A DNA stretch of 20,000 nucleotides from Vicugna vicugna (Eukaryota): the NCBI GenBank assembly GCA_013265495.1, contig MU061544.1, positions 449,384 to 469,383 of the forward strand, given 5' to 3'. Shown here one piece after another: positions 18,372 through 20,000 of this stretch (positions are counted from its first letter, which is position 1; each line of letters begins with the position of its first letter). Under the pieces are notes generated by a model. That model was not told the origin of the DNA. It saw nothing but the letters and a program-made list of their open reading frames with translations, and ran no database searches. Both the position numbers and the translations under genes were made by a program.

Positions 18372-20000
18372 AAAAAAAGAACGTATTACCTATAACATAA
18401 AATGTTGAGCAATTTAATATTACGTATTCCACTGTTCTTGATCACATGCTTATAAAACAAACTATTTCATATTTTCTGGTGAAGAACACTATGGATACAC
18501 AGAGCCTACTTGGAAGGTATTTGTCAAACCTTGACAATGAATATTTATCAAAGTTAACTTCCCCTAAAAAAATTCAAACATTTACATATCAATCTGACCA
18601 ATATTGCACCTCTTATATATCTTCATTTGCAAGACATCTCTTAATTCTCTTCCCCAAAGATATACTACATAGCTCACAAGACATTTTCTAATATTGTCCT
18701 AGCACGCTGGCCAAATATACTTAATTAATGACTCTAGTAAATGAAATTTTCAAAAATAAATTAAACTCAGTTCTTTCTCATGAATCTATTAACATGATAT
18801 GCCACAAGTATTCTTTTAAAGCAGATGGTGCATTTTCAGCAACAATTATTGAAAAGTAGATAACTATATTTAAATAAATTCTACCACCTACCATCATGTT
18901 TCATTAGACAATCTGTTCTCCTCAATTCTAAAATTCCCATCTTTTGCAACTGGGGAACTTTCTTAATTTGTTTTAGAGAAATTCAAAGACTTTGTTGTTA
19001 TATCAACTACATCTCAAATTTGCAAGCATGAAGCTACCTCTTCAAGTCAGAAACAGAAATTCCCCATAACTCCAGGCCATTTGAGAGAGCTTCCATGGGA
19101 GGAAAAGCACCAAGATTAAGGTAAGTTACTCAACGGACCACAGTGGAGGTAACTGTTCTTCAAATTCATCCCAGGTACCATATATACAATAGTACGAGAG
19201 TTTTCAACAACAGACTAAATCATTTAAACAATTTGCTCATGTTTTCTGTAGGAAAAATAAATTTAATTAATATTTTGAGGTTCTTTTACTCTTTTAAAAT
19301 AGCAATTAAAATGGCATTTGTTACGTTTATTTTATATTTATGACAACTTTATATTTTGCAGGAGAATAAAAGCTAAGGCAAGATGGGCTTCCAACTTTCT
19401 GTAAGAATCGTCAGGATTTGTGTTGGCACTGTCTGGCTACTCATTACAATAACCCTAATTTATTGCCTATTTGCCCACAGTAAAGTTTATTCCATAACAA
19501 CTATACTTTACTTTAAAAGGGGGGGGGAGTTACTCTGACCTAGTATTATCACTTCTAAGCCACTAACCACAGATTCATCATCCTCATGAAAATACAAATG
19601 AGAACTCCAATGTCACATTAAAATGAAACAAATCACTGGAATGGTATGTTTAACTTTAAATGAGAAGACAACTTAAACATTTTGCCTGTATTAGCATACT
19701 AGAATTTCTTCAAGTAAACAAAAAACAGTGCTTAAGATTCCTCTTAAAAAAGTATTCCCTTTTAATATAATTAAACCGCCTTCATTCAGGCTGTGAGAGA
19801 CAGAGGTGAGGTAGCCCCATGGACTTGACATTGTGACAGAACTGCTGGACTGAAATGGAGGTTGTACCGCATGCTCCCAACATTCCTTGACTTTGTGACT
19901 AAATGTCATAAAAAGTGATAATTTTTGAGATGAACTTTAACATTAATATGAAAGTGTTAATAAAATCTTCGTATAAACTCCTTTGTTAAACTGAAGGAAA

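Noticed and set aside
1..20000. A previously undescribed multi-gene biological system
   Set aside because: No long ORFs, CpG island, RNA gene or ordered array; the content is explained by known mammalian repeats plus short unique spacers

Overview
AT-rich, CpG-depleted mammalian (eutherian) genomic DNA, most likely from a camelid, based on a tRNA-Ala-derived vic-1-like SINE and several artiodactyl-type L1 3' ends. More than half of the window is decayed interspersed repeats: L2, old and younger L1, MIR, MLT1 LTRs, hAT MERs and a MADE2 mariner MITE, with several nested insertions. I can support no protein-coding gene, RNA gene, CRISPR array or operon. The listed ORFs are either repeat-derived or of chance length. 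The apparently unique stretches (about 9.1-10.5, 11.0-11.85, 12.55-13.7, 17.15-17.8 and 18.4-20 kb) contain a few splice-site-bounded, exon-like segments that I flag at low confidence. I did not find a credible novel biological system; the window looks like an ordinary intron or intergenic region. Repeat family names come from recalled consensus motifs, not from a database search, and boundaries are approximate.
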